From Cyanophora paradoxa CCMP329 (lineage: Eukaryota; Plantae; Glaucophyta): a DNA stretch of 64,000 bases. The stretch is taken from the NCBI GenBank assembly GCA_004431415.1, contig QPMI01000116.1:186001-250000 (forward strand), read 5' to 3'. Made by a program: the position numbers and the translations under genes. The notes beneath the pieces were generated by a model that saw nothing but the letters and a program-made list of their open reading frames with translations, had not been told where the DNA came from and made no database searches. Shown piece after piece: positions 1 through 12,900 of the stretch. Within the stretch, counting starts at the first letter, position 1. Each line of letters opens with the position of its first letter.

Positions 1-2565
1 AGGCGAGCGGGACGCGCGGCACTGACCGGCGAGCTGGGCGCCGGCTTCTGCCAGGACCGGGTCCCCCAGCGTATGGCTGCTTCCTCGGACCTCCTCCTCG
101 GCCCCGGCCTCGGGCCCGGCCGCGGGCCCGGGCCCGGCCGAATCGCACGCGAACTCGCGCGCCAGGCGTCCGTCCAGGTAGAGGCGGCAGACGGGGTGCT
201 CGGCGCCGGCCCCGGCCCCGCCGACGGTTAGCGCCACGTGCACCCAGCGCTCGAGGAGCGGGAAGGGGTGGAAGGAAAGCGGGAAGGCGCGGGCCCCTCC
301 GGTCCGCATGACCAGGTACTCGCGCCCGTCCGCGAGGGAGAGCGAGAGGGAAAGGGCGCTGGATCCGGATGCGAGCGCGTAGACCGTCACGTCCGTCTGC
401 GCCGCCATGCGCCACTGGAAGCGCAGCCTGCGGAGCGGCGCGGGTCGCGGTTCGCGGGTGCGGGAAACTTTGGGGGGAAGAGAAGTACTAGTGTCGTACC
501 GGAGCTCCAGGGTGAGGGGCGAGGGGAGGGCGAAGGGGGGAAGAGAGAGGGCGAGGGGACCGTCGCGATCGCGCGATCGGTTCCACTCGCCCACTACAAC
601 CGCGCGCTTCGCGTCACCGGAAGATGAAGCGAAAAACCAAAGGCGAAACGCGCACCGAGGGCGCCAAGCGGGAGGCGTGCGGTGCCGGCGGGGACGGCTA
701 CGGAGAAAGGGGAAGATCGGGTGCCGCCCCCCGCGGCGGCGCCTGTGCACTGGAGCTGGTACGGTTCCCCCGCAGCCGGAACGGGCACGTAGAGGAGTGC
801 CCAGACCGCCCCCGGCGCCAGCTGCGAGACGGCGGCGCCGTGCGAGCCAAAGGGGCCGGAGCAGGCCGCGTCGAGGGACGTCGACATAGCGCCGGCCGCG
901 TCGACGTCGGACAGCGACACGTTCAGTAGGACGGATCCGTTGCCGGAGGCGTGGGCGGACGCGATCGTCGGGGCGCCGAAGGAGACAGCGGGCACGAAGA
1001 CCGCGGCGGGGGCGGAAGGGGGCGACGCGGCCCCCGCGGCGGTGCGCACGGCGGCCGTGCAGCTGAGGGGGTAGCCCCGGTCGGCGGTCGGGCCCACGGG
1101 CACCAGGACGGAGGCGGCGGCCGCCCCGGAGGCGAGGGCGGACGAGGCGCGGAAGGGGCCGCCGGGCCCCGTGCAGGCCCCGTCCAGCCACGCGCCCGCC
1201 TCGCCAGGCGCCAGCGACACGGTCAGGAGGGCGCCACGCTGGCCCCCCGAGGCCGTGGCCGCGGCGGCCCGCGCCTCAGTGATCGTCGGCGCCGTCAGCG
1301 CCACTGCGCATGCCGTCGCTCTCAGCGAAGCTATCTCGAAGAAGTAGCAGAGGATTAATATTAGTACCGGCGGAGTAGGCGGCCTGGAATCCGTCCCCGG
1401 CGCCGATCCCGTCGCTCTGGAAGGTGACGAGGAGGGCGCGCCCCGAGCTGGTGAATCGGAGCGACTCGAGGGCCAGCGCGCCGCTGCCGCGGAAGAGCCG
1501 CCGCGCCGCGTCGGCCGCCGCTCCGTCGTAGACCTGCGATCGCGAGCACGAGCGTGCGTCGGTGAGAACAGGGAAAGGAGGCTTACGCAGAGAACATTGA
1601 AGCTTCAGGAGCATTACTTCCCAAGGAAAAGGAGCTTAGGCAGAGAATATTTAGCCATGTAACAAAGAAACCAGCTTTTAAGCGGGATTTAGAAGATTTA
1701 GAATGGAATGTTACTGCAGATCTAGATGCACGGGCTGCCATTACAGAGCCTCCGAACAAACGGCGCTGGATTCTCCCGTGAATCATCTTATGAGCCTTTA
1801 AGCTTTAATATAATGGAGCCTTGGAGCCTATACGCCATAAGACCGTGCTAGAACACAGGAGGCAGTCGGAAGGGGCGCGTTGAGTGTAGGCTGACGAACC
1901 TCAATAAAATCGTAGTTAGTTTCCGTGCGGAACGACAAGAAGCGCAGAAACACAAGGAACCCCTCGGGGGCGGTGATCAGCCTGCCGAGGGTCCGAAGGG
2001 GCGGGCGGGCTCGGCTCCTCAGAACCAAAACACCGAAAGGCGCACGGAGCGGACCCACGCACCATTCGGCGCTGCGGTTAGGCTCGTAGTTCGCGGGGCC
2101 GCTGCCGTCTTCGAAGGACTGTTCGCGGTCCGCCGCCGCGGCGGGAAGCTCCGCCCGCACCGGCCCCGCCGGCGCCGGCGTCGGCGTTGCGATCGGCGAC
2201 GCGTACAGCTGGCCGGCCGCTGGCGGGGGCAGGGGCGCCCCCAGGAGGGCGAGGAGCAGGAGGGGCAGGAAGAGAGCCGGCCGGCGCGTCCGGATCCGCG
2301 GCCGCGGCTGGAACGCGCGGCGACGGCGCGGCCTGATGCCGGGCTCCAAATCCCCGCTGTTGCAGCCGGCGCCGTCCGTTGAGGTTGCCGACGGCCGGTC
2401 GAAGGCGGACGAACTCTCGGAATCGGGGAACCGAGCTCGAGGCTGCAGCTGCTCCGCAAACCGACTGCACCGATGGCAATGTGAATGGAATCCCGGGTCC
2501 AGCCCGGTCAAGGTCGCTCGCTCCGCCAGGACGTCCGACTCCATTACAGGGTTGCAGCTGCGCAT
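1..2565 (-). CDS. Gene A: spliced secreted/surface protein with CUB domain, two Ala-rich beta-type repeats and LamG/concanavalin-like domain (3' end beyond window)
   Basis: Hydrophobic leader ALFLPLLLLALLGAP. CUB motifs across exons ending 2063, 1981-1900 and 1533-1368: FEDGSGPANYEPNRSAEW|LITAPEGFLVFLRFLSFRTETNYDFIE|VYDG..RLFRGSG..FTSSGRALLVTFQSDGIGAGDGFQAAYSA. GT-AG introns at 2062-1982 and 1899-1534. LamG-type motif WVHVALTV..CRLYLDG at ~170-245. Start codon uncertain (2565 or 2544). Confidence 0.85.
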
Positions 2566-3976
2566 GCTGCTTCTAGGCTGTACTCTGCAGCTTCGTCGCG
2601 TCGAACATGTGCATGGCCAGCTGCAGCTGAAAAACTTGAAAGCACGTGAACGTCGCGGGTGCCCTGCAGCTGCGCCGCTGCACGAAATCGATATATATAT
2701 CGAAATCGCGCGCGGCCGAACTCTGAATTCGATTCGAACGAAGGTGATGGCCTGGTAATTGCCGGCCGCCGTCGCGCATATATATCGCGGCCGATGCGTT
2801 GGTTCAACTTTGCTGTGATATATAATGAGAAAGCAGCGGATGGCGCGACGCTGGAGTCGGTTTGTTCGATGCTGCTGCTCCGCGGCAGGCGGGGCGCCGG
2901 CAAAGGCGTTTTGTCTGAAGACGGCTGCCTACTACGATCCTAGGCCTTGTACATGTGCGATCGCACGCACGCGCGCGCGTCCACTTGAACTTCACATGCG
3001 CTGATCGCCGAACTCCTGTCCGAACCGACCATCGCGCCGAATTCGACGGCCTGGAGTCCCTGGACCACCGAACGCGCGTCGCGCGCCGTCAGGGCCTGGC
3101 CCGGCCCCTAGGTCTGCTGGGCAGTGCTGGCGCTGCAGCTGCCTGCAGCGGTTGCGAGGCACCGATCGACGGCTAATCCGAGGTACGTATACGCGGTTGG
3201 CTTCGCGACCGGTCGCCGCTGCGCATGCTGCTCCAGCTGTTCAGCGGCGCCGCGGCGCAGGCGCCTGCTGGATGCCGGTGCGCAGCTGCCAGGCTGCTGC
3301 GTCCATCAAGTCCGACGACTCCGACCGTCTCCGCCGGGCCGCGCGCAGGCGGAGTTTGCAATTGCGCGGCGCCGCCGCCGCGCCGGCGAAGGGGAACGCT
3401 GGTAGCCGGCTTAGCCCGGCTACCGGTATCGCTTTCTAAAATCTCGATCTCCGAGGAGAACACACCGCCAAGAAGGAACTCGGCGGGGCGGGTACAGTAT
3501 TGTAAGAGTGCATACAGCGCCGGCGATTGCAAATTGCAATTGCTTGGCGCGACGGCCGGCCGTCGCGATCGGGTCCGGCGTCGGGGGCTCTTTTGCAGCC
3601 GCGAGCAGCAGCAGCGCTACCGGGTATAGCTAGCAGCTCGCGGCCGTGCGCGCGATCTTGCAGGCACGTTGCAGCTGTGCCGCGACGTTCTTGCGTGCTT
3701 AGGAGCTGCAGGATCAGCGGCCGCGCGACTTGGCGACCCTTAGCTATAGTCCTCTCCGAGGCTTCGATCGGATCGGAGCCTCCGAATCGCCGAGGCCGCG
3801 GGTCTGGGTCGGATACATACTCCAGCGCGCGCGCGCGCCGAGCCCGCCGCGCTGAGAGCGGCCGCGGCTCCAGCGCGCGGGCGCTGCGGCAGTCCCCGCG
3901 AATCGGCCGCGATCGGAAGGCTGGAGCGGCCTGCAGCCTGCAGCTTAGCCGCATTCCATCGCACGGAGGCCTGGGC

Positions 3977-6900
3977 ATGCCGTACTTCATGCCGTCGCCC
4001 TCGCCCTCGGGACACGACCCGCCCCCGCTAGCGCTCGCGACCGGTCGTAGCCCCATCCGAATCCGGAGGCGAGCCGTCGGCGGTCTCGCCGCCGCGTGGG
4101 GACTGCTGCTCCTCCTGGCGGCCCGCGCGAGCGGGCAGGCCGCCCCCGCCCCCGCCCCCGCGGCCGCCGTCGCGGAGCTCAACGCGACAAGCGGCGCGCA
4201 GTCCCTGCAGGACGGCAGCGGCGCCGCGAGCTACGCGCCGAACCTCGACCTCGCGTGGTACGCCTGCGCCTCCGCCGCCGGCCCCGCCGCGCGCCGCGCG
4301 CCGGCGCCGCTCACTTTCGCGCGCGCAGGCGCATATGGGCGCCCGAGGGCCACCTCGTCTTCCTGGCCTTCGCCGCCTTCGCCACGGAGGGCGGCCTGGA
4401 CTTCGTCGCCGTCTACGACGGCCCGGAGGCCTCGTCCGCGCCGCGGCTCTTCCGCGGCGCCGGCGCGCCGGCCCTCGAGGCGCTCCGGTTCACGAGCTCG
4501 GGGCGCGCGCTCCTCGTCACGTTCCACAGCGACTCGGAGGGCTCTGCGGAGGGCTTTTCCGCAACGTACGCCGCCGGTGCGCTTCACCCCCCCCCCCCCC
4601 CCCCTCCTGCCTCCTAACTCCCACCCCCGGCTGACCGACGCCCCCTCCGCAGTGCGGCTGAGCGCCCCGTCGATCGTGAGCGCCGCGCCGGTGGCCTCCG
4701 CCGCCTCCGTCAGCGTCGTCGTCCGCGTCCTCTGCGCGGCCGGCGAGGGCGCCGCCGCGATCGACGTCCGCTGCGCCGAAACCGGCGACGGCGGCGGGGG
4801 TACCGGATTCTCCGCCTCGGCCTCGGCCCCGGCCCCGGCCGACGGCGGCGAGGTCGACGTGGGGCTGGACGCCTCCGGGGCCGGCTTCCGCCGGCTCGAG
4901 CTCGCCTGCACCGCCGCCGCCCGCACCGCCGCCGGCGCCGCCTCGCCCCGCTCGGCCCCCTTTCCCCTCGTCCTCCCCGCCGTCTCCGTGGCCCGCCCGA
5001 CCCTCGACTCGGCCGAAGCCGACGGGGCCGGATCCGTCTCCCTGCACGCCTCCTTCAGCGCCGCCGACGGCGTCTCGGCCCTCGTCGGCTCCTGCTACGG
5101 CCCCGCCGGCTCCTTTTCCGCCGCCGCCCCCGTCTCCGGCGCCTCCGGCTCCGTCCGTGTACCCGTGCCCGCCTCCGTGGCGGGGTACAGCCTCTCCTGC
5201 GCCGTCGCCGCCCGCTCCGCCGCAGGGGCCCTCTCCCTCCAGTCCCAGCCCGCTATCATCTCCGTACCCCCCGGTTCGTCCTTCTTCTCCTCGATTCGTC
5301 CTCGAGCTTACCGGTACCCCCACCCGCAGGACTCGCCCGCCTTCCCTTCCGCGGCTCCGCCGCACGCCTGAACAGCAGCGAGGCGGCCGGCGCGGCGCGG
5401 AGCACGGGGCGCGTCCGCCTGCCCCCGCTCCTCTTCGGCGCGCCCTGCACCCTCGAGCTCCGCGTCAAGCTGGAGTCCGTGCAGGCGGAGACGGTCCTGC
5501 TCGAGGTCGGGGACCCCTCCGGCCTCTCCAACCTCGTCCTGCGGGTCCGCGTTGCTTTAATTTCCGCCCGATTCCCGCTGATCTCCGATCGGTTTCGAAG
5601 GTGGACTCGCAGCTGCGGCTGGCTGTCCTGGAGAACTGGGCGACGCCCCGCATGTCCTACCGCAACCACCCCACGGGCTTCGTCCCCCCCGTGCGCCCTT
5701 TCGCCGCTAAGCTAGCTAGAAGTGAGAAACGGAGATCTAAAAGAAGCAGATAATCCACTTATTATAATCTGCTAAGCTAGCTTAGAAGTGTGAGACGGGG
5801 ATCTAACTAAGGCTAGAAGTGAAGAACGGGGATACTATGATACAACCCTAAGCTTAAGTCCAACGGGGATCCAACTAAGGGTTGGATCTTAGGATAGTCT
5901 AACTAAGGTAACCCTAAGCTACTTATCTACTAATCTACTAGGATAGCTAGAAGTGCAAGACGGGGATCTGGCTAATCTACGGACGGACGGGCAGGCCGGC
6001 GTCTGGCTGCACCTCGCGCTAACGATCGGGCCCGGCGAGCGCCCCACCTGCCGCCTCTACGCCTCGGGGTACCCCCTGCTCGCCTACACCGCCGCGGCCC
6101 CGCCGCCCTCCGCGGCCCGCACGGGCAGCCTCCTGGGCGGCGGCGTGGCGGCCGACGGGACGGCGGGCTGGTACGCGCCGCGGGACCTCCGGGGGGCCCT
6201 CCTCGCGGACGTTCGCCTCTGGTCCGCCGCGCTATCGCCCGAGGAGGTCGCCGCCGCCCGCGCCGGCCTGCCCCTCGCCACCGATTCGCTCGAGCTGTAC
6301 CTTCCCCTCGCCTCCTCCCTCGAGGACGCCTCGGGGCGGGGCCGGCACGCGGCCTGGTCCCCAGGCTCAGGTGACCCAGTTCTGGGCCTCGAGTTCGTCT
6401 CAGTGGCCGAAGCGGAGGCGACGGCGTATACGTACGCGCCGCCGGCCGGCGCCCCGCGCGCCGGCCCGGCGCTCTCGGTCCAGAAGGTCCCGGCGGCTAA
6501 TCTATTCTAATCTAATCTTAATCTTCTAAGCTGATCTAATCTCAATCTTCTAAGCTGATCTAATCTTAGGTCCCGGCGGCGTCCATGGCCGGGCCCGTGC
6601 CCTCCCCCCGAGAAGCCCACGTGCGTATACGTGAGCTTTCTTACGCTTTCCTGACCTGACCTGACCTCGCCCCGGCAGGGCGCGGTGATCAACGACACGC
6701 TCTGGTCGATCGGCGGCCTGTGCGTCGGGCGGACGCGCTGCGCGGGCGGCGACGAGGCCCCCTTCGCCAAGCTCGACCTCACCGCCGGTCCGATACAATA
6801 ATAATGACAAGATAGCTTATAGGACGGCTGTCTATAAGGAGCTTAAAGCTTATAGGACGGCTGTCTTAAGGAGCTTAAGCACATTACCTCTAAGCATCGA

Positions 6901-9900
6901 TAACTTCGGCCTCCGGTCAACGCTTTAAGCTTCTCTAAGCATCGGACCTTTAAGCATCGCCCGTCAGCTTTGCTTGCTCTTGAGCTTCTCGCCCCCCTCG
7001 CTCACGAAGCGGACCGCGCGTGCGCAGACCCGCCCCGCTGGAGCGAGGTCGTCTTCGCCCCCGCCGGCGCTTCTTCTTCGGACCCGGCCCCGGCCGACGT
7101 CGAGAACAGGGCGCGTCTGTCCCGGCCATGGGCCTCCTCCTCCTCTTAACTGCGCCGAACCAACGCCTTATATATAAGCTAGCGAACCCTTCCTTCTAAG
7201 CTGATCTGAGCTTAGTCTGAGCTTAGTCTTTCCGCCCTTCCCTCCCTCGCCGAAAGGCTGAGGCTGCGGCAGGGCCGGGCGGTGGTGGTGAGCGACGGGG
7301 CCCGCTTTGTGTACGCGTACGGCGGGGTGAACCCGGCCGGCCGCACGGGCGCCCTCGAGCGCTTCGACACCTGGGCAGGTGTGCGGGAGCTCGAGCGCCC
7401 GCCTGCCTGCCTCTAGAACGAAATTCGAAGCTGCTTCCGTTCCGTTCCGTTCCGTTAGAACGGAAGCTCGCCCAGCTGGCGCCTCCGCCGCGCCCCGCCC
7501 CTCCTAGCTGGGGACCTGGTTCCCCTCGCTCACTTCGTAGCGGCAGGCGTTCGGGAGCGCATGCCGGACGGGCCGGCGCGCGGCGGCCACTGCGGCGTAG
7601 CCTACGGAGGCTCCCTCTGGGTCGCCTTTGGGTACGGCGCGAAAGGGACGGGCACCGTCTTCTCCCAGTACACGGGTACGGGGCCCTTCTCCCTCTACCC
7701 CCCGCTCCCCCCACTCTCCCCCCCCCCCCCCCCTCAGACGTGTACCGCTTCGATTTCGCGGCGCGCCAGTGGCGCTTCGACGAGGTGCCCGACGGGACGG
7801 GCGGGGCGCCCACGCCGCGCCAGTACCCCGCCTGCACCCTCCTAGGAGCCCGCTTCTACGCCTTCGGCGGGCGCGGGAGCAACCTCGAGGACCTGGTCGA
7901 CCTCGCGTGCGTACCCCCCTCCGTCTATTCCCGTACCCCCCCCTGAGGCCTTCGTTCGCAGATTCGTGGACCTGGCCGCCCGCCCGCTGCGCTGGCAGAA
8001 GGTCGCGCCCCCCGCCGGCTCCCCCGTACCCGCCTCCCGCTTCTACTCCCTGTGCGCCCCTTTCCGGCCCCCCGCCCACCCGCCCTTCGTTCTCATCCTG
8101 TCCTCCCCATGCAGCAACTGGGCCGTCGGCGACTCCTGGGTGCGCCCCCCCCCCCCCCCCTCCCTCCCTCCCTCCCTCCCTGGATCTAAATTTAGGCAGG
8201 TTGTGGTGGGCGGCTGCGCGTCGCTGCCGGTCTACACGTACGGCGAGGCGGCCACGATCCAGGACGCCTGGCTCTTCTCCGAGCGTGCGCCCGCGCCGCG
8301 CCACTCGGCTCCACCGCTCAGCCGCTTCTGCGCGCCTCTCTCCCCTGAGCGGCCCTTGTGCGTGCCTTGTGCGTGCAGGCTGCGGCGTCTGGACGCGCCT
8401 GCCCGTCGAGGGGCCCTTCCCGGAGCCCTACAGTCCGCCCCCGCTCCCCTCCCCGTCCTCCCCTCCCTTTCCTTGACGCCTCGGCAGCCTCGGCGGGCGG
8501 GTACTGGGCGCGGGGCGGGCGCGCCGTCGCCTTCGCGGGAGTGACGACGGGCGCCGTCTACTGGAACGACCTCTACCTCGCCTCTCTAGACCGTGCGCCC
8601 TAAGAGATTCTAACTAAAAGATCTAAGCTTTGAGAGGGTTATGAGCCCCTAAGGCCTAAGAGATTCCAACTAAAAGATTTTATGCTTTAAGGGGAACGAT
8701 CTCTATCTTGCCTCTCTGCACCGTGCGCCGCCCTAAGAGATTACAAGAGCTCTAAGCTTCTAAGATCAAGATCTAAGATAAGAGAGATCTTAGAGAGATC
8801 TAATACCGTGGACCGAGGTTCTGAGAGTCTAAGCTTTAAAGAGGAGCGCCGTCTACTGGAACGACCTCTATCTTGCCTCGCTGGACCGTGCGCCGCCCTA
8901 AGAGAGAGGTCCTAAGAGGTCGAAGCTTTAAGAGGGCTATGATATGAGCTCCTAAGAGTCTGAGCTCTGATCGTGAGAGGGCTCTGAGCCCTCGGGCCAC
9001 AGCGGCTAAGCTCTAAGCTCTAAGAGCGTTCTAATCCTCTAAGATGGTGGACCGAAATTGTAACAAGTCTACGCTCTGAGAGGGCTCTGAGCCCTCGGGC
9101 CGCGCGCGCGCAGCGGCGGGGGCGTTCGACGAGCGGTGCCGCGCGGTGCCGGCGGCGCCGTCCCTCCGCTTCGCGGCGGGCGGCGACGTCGACGGGGTGG
9201 CGGGGGTCAGCCTGCGGGCGGCCTTCAGGGCGGAGCAGGGCGCGGTCGCGCTGGAGGCGGTTTGCACTGCTGGCGCCGCCGGCCCTCTCGAGGCCCGCGG
9301 TTCCTTCGCCGTCTCGGACGCCGACGCGGCCGGCGGCGGCGCCGAGCTGCGGCTGCCGCGGCCGGCCGGCGCCTCCCCCGCCGCCCCGCTCGCCTGCGCC
9401 GTGTCCGTCCGCACCGCCGCCGGCGCCCTCTCCCCCGCCGCATCGCTCCGCGTGCCCCGGCCGCCCCGCCGGCCGCCCCGCGCCTCGCCCTCCTCCTCCC
9501 GCGGGCCCCGCCGCCCTCGCCGCCGCCGCTTTGGACCTCTCCGCCGCCTCCGCCGGCGGCGCCGCCGTCGACTCGGCCTTCGTGACCTGTACCCCCCATC
9601 TCGGCCGGGGCCCCGCCGTCACGGCCTCCTCCCGCATCGCCCCCGGGGCCCTCAACGCGACCGTACCCCTCCCCGGCCTCGCCCTCGGGACCTCGTACCT
9701 CTGCTCCGCGACGCTCGCCAACGAGGCCGGCGCTTCGCCCGCCGCCTTTGCAAACGCGACGGTTCCCGCCGAGGCCGCCGCGCCGGAGGGGGGCGAGCCG
9801 GGGCGGGCGGCGGCCCGGTCCCATCGCCGACGCCGACCGGCGCCCCGGCGGCCTCAGCAGCAGCAGCAGCGGGCCCGCCCGCGGCCGCGCCCCGCGTCGT

Positions 9901-12900
9901 GGCGGTGGCGAGGGGCCCGAGCGGGGAGAAGGCGCGCCTTCCGATGACCTCGCTGGCCCTCGACGGCTCCGGCTCCTGGTCCTCCTCCTCCTCCTCCTCC
10001 TCCTCCTCCGCCCTCCGCTGCGCCTGGGCGCAGCTCGCCGGCCCGCCTCTGGAGCTGCGGGCGCACGCGGGGCTCCCGTGCTCGGCGGCGGCGGCGCGGC
10101 CCAGGGCCGGCGCGTACCTCTTCGAGCTGTCGGTCGAGGACGCCGCCGCCGGCGCCCGCAACGCGACGGCGCTCCGCGTGGCCGTCCTGGCCCCTCTCAG
10201 TCCGCCCGCCCGCCTCACCTGACTTCTCCTTGTAGATAAAGAGATCTAGGACTGATTCGTGCGCGCGCAGCCTACGGAGTGTCGATCCGGCTGGAGGCCG
10301 ACTTCGGCGAGTTCGCGCGGCAGTACCCCTCCCCCGATTCGGCCCCCCTCGCCGACCGCCTCCTCGTCGCCGAGTCCGCCTACGGCCTCTCGGTACCCCC
10401 CTTCCTGTACCCCCACCCCTTTTTATCCTCGCCTGACTTTCGGCGCAGCTGTTCGGGGTTTCGTACCGCGCGGGGTCGGTCCTGCTGGACCACAAGCTGA
10501 CGTACCCCCCCTCCGAGGGCCCGGTCGCGGGGGTCGCGCTCCTGCGGGCCCGCGCGGCGGCGCTGGCGACCCCCGAGGGCCCCGCCGGCGTCTCGGCGGC
10601 CTTCGGCGGCGCGCCCGCGTCCGTCCGCGTGGCCGAGCTCGCCCCCGCAATCTCCGTACCCCGCCTGGAGGCCCTCGGGGGCGCGCGCCTGCTCGTGATC
10701 GGCCGGAGAGATGTCGTACCCCTCCTCTCCGCCGCGGCCTCGGACCCCGAGGTCCTCCCCCCCCCACTTCTTTTGCACTGTACCCTCTCCCTGACCTTTT
10801 TTAACAGGACGTGGTGTACGACGCCTCCTGGGAGCTCCTCTCCGCCGCGGGCCCGGCGGAGCTGAAGCCGGCGTACCCCTCCGACGGCGGCCCGGCCCTC
10901 TCCGCCTCCCTTCCCGGTACCCCCTCCCCCCATTCTCCGAAGCCGCCGGCCGCTCACGTAAGGAGCAGCGAACCTGACGGAGGGCCGCTACGTGGCGCGC
11001 CTGACGGTCTACAACCGCCTCAACTTCGGCGCGGCGCTTGACTTCGAGGTGGCGGTCGGCTATGGAGCGGAGGGCGGGGGCGGGGACGAGGCCGCAGGGA
11101 CCGAGGCCGGTGCGTCCGTCCCCCGCGCTCGCGCTGCTTCTTTAAGTTTAAGTTTAAGGGGTGCAGAGCCGGGGTCGCAGCAGCTGGCCGCGTCGCTGGG
11201 GGCGGCGGTCTCTGCGGCCGCGGCCGCCGCCGTCGCCGCGGCGGCCGTCGGCGCCGCGGCCACCGCGGCCGCCGCCTCCGTCTCCACCCTCGCCGCCGCC
11301 GCCGGGTCCGCCTTCTTGAACTGATTTGATGCTCGCCGCTGTCGCGTCGCGCCTCGCTGACTGACGCCTCGCATCGCCAGCGGGACGGGAGTGCACGCGC
11401 TGTCGCTCGCCGCCGCCGGGGCGGGGCGGGGGCGGGCGGACGGGCGGGCGGCGGCGGCGGCGGCGGCGGCGTCGACGGCGGCGGCCTCGGCGGCGGGGAG
11501 GCGGACCCTGCCGACTCGCTGCCGGACTCGCCGACGCACACGTGGGGGCCCTCGGCGGCCTCTACCAGGTCCCTTCTTTCTTTCCCGCGCGCGCGCGCCC
11601 CTCTGACGCTTCTCTTATGCAAGGATGCGAACCCCGTTCGGCCAGTGCCGCCGCGGCCGGACGCGCCGGCGTGGAAGCTCGCCAAGCAGCCGCCTCCCTC
11701 GCCGGGGGCCTTTCCCTCGTGAGCGGCAGCGCGGGCAGCGGCAGCGGCACAGGCGGCGGCAGCGGCGGCGGCGCGCGGTCGGGCGAGGTTCGGGAGGCGG
11801 AGGCGCCGGGCAAGCCCCGCCGCGCCTCGCGAGCGGCCAACTCGGTCTACCCCCTCGTCGTGACCGCGGGTTCGATATCGATCCCGTCCGAGGGCGGCGG
11901 CTCGGCGCGGGAGCTGGAGGGCGGGCTGGCCAGCACGCCCTCGTCGGGATCCGGCGGGCCGGCGCCGCCCGCCACCCGCGACGGCCGCGCCTTCCGCCGC
12001 GGCGGCAGCCAGATCCTCGTGCGCCCCCGCGTCCCTCCCGCGATCCCGTACCCCCCTGACTCTTTTCCCCCCCCAGCGCGTGCTGCAGCACGTGGGGTTC
12101 CTGGCGGGTACGGCGGCCGTCGGGGGCGGCTCCATCCCCCCCGCCTACGGCCTCTTCTCCCACGCCCTCGGTCGGCGGCCCCCGCGCTCGTCCCCCCCCT
12201 CTGAGGCTGACGAGGCGAGCGGGCGCAGGGTGGACGCTGCTGGCGCCCTCGGCGGGGCCCTTCGAGGGCGCCTTCGAGCCTTCCGCGGGGGGTACAGGCT
12301 CTCCATCGGCCGCCGAGCGCGAGCGGGCGGCGCTGGAGGCGGGGGCCAAGCGCGGCTTCGCCTCCGCCCTCTTCTGGACGGGCGTGGGCCTGGCAGCCAT
12401 CCAGGCCCGCCCCGCCCGCCCCCTCTCCCTTCTTAACATAGCGTCTGAGAGGGGCGCCCCCGCAGCTGATGCGGGTCCCCGCGGCGCTGGCGTACCGGCG
12501 CGCGGCGCGGCGCGCGGCGGCCGCGGGGCGTACCCCGCCCCGCGACTTCCGCCTCCTCGTCCCCCGCGCCGAGATCCTGGTACCCCCCTTCTTCAGATCT
12601 GACCCCTTCCCCCGTCCCTAAAACTTCGTTCGCAGTTCGGTATCTTCGCGGTGCAAGGCCTGGCCCTCCAGTCCGGGCGCGCCCTCTCCGTACCCGGGCC
12701 GCCCTTCTTCCCCGCCGCCGCCGCCGCCGTCCTCGTACCCCCCCCTCACCCCTCCCCCCCACCAAACCCGCCCCGTCCCCTCCGAATTATCGCCGGCGCA
12801 GCTCCTGCTGCTGGGGCTGCTCGTCGGCGCCGCCTTTCTGCTCTACCGGGCCGTCGCCGTCCGCGGGACCGTCGCCTACGAGGTACCCCCCCTCTACTCT

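Noticed and set aside
2570-3970. Possible small gene in the A-B spacer
   Set aside because: The ORFs lack coherent codon usage or domains; treated as promoter/UTR.
7433-7467. 10-bp inverted repeat GCTTCCGTTC/GAACGGAAGC around a (CGTTC)n run in an intron
   Set aside because: Small and explicable by microsatellite slippage; no support for an ncRNA.
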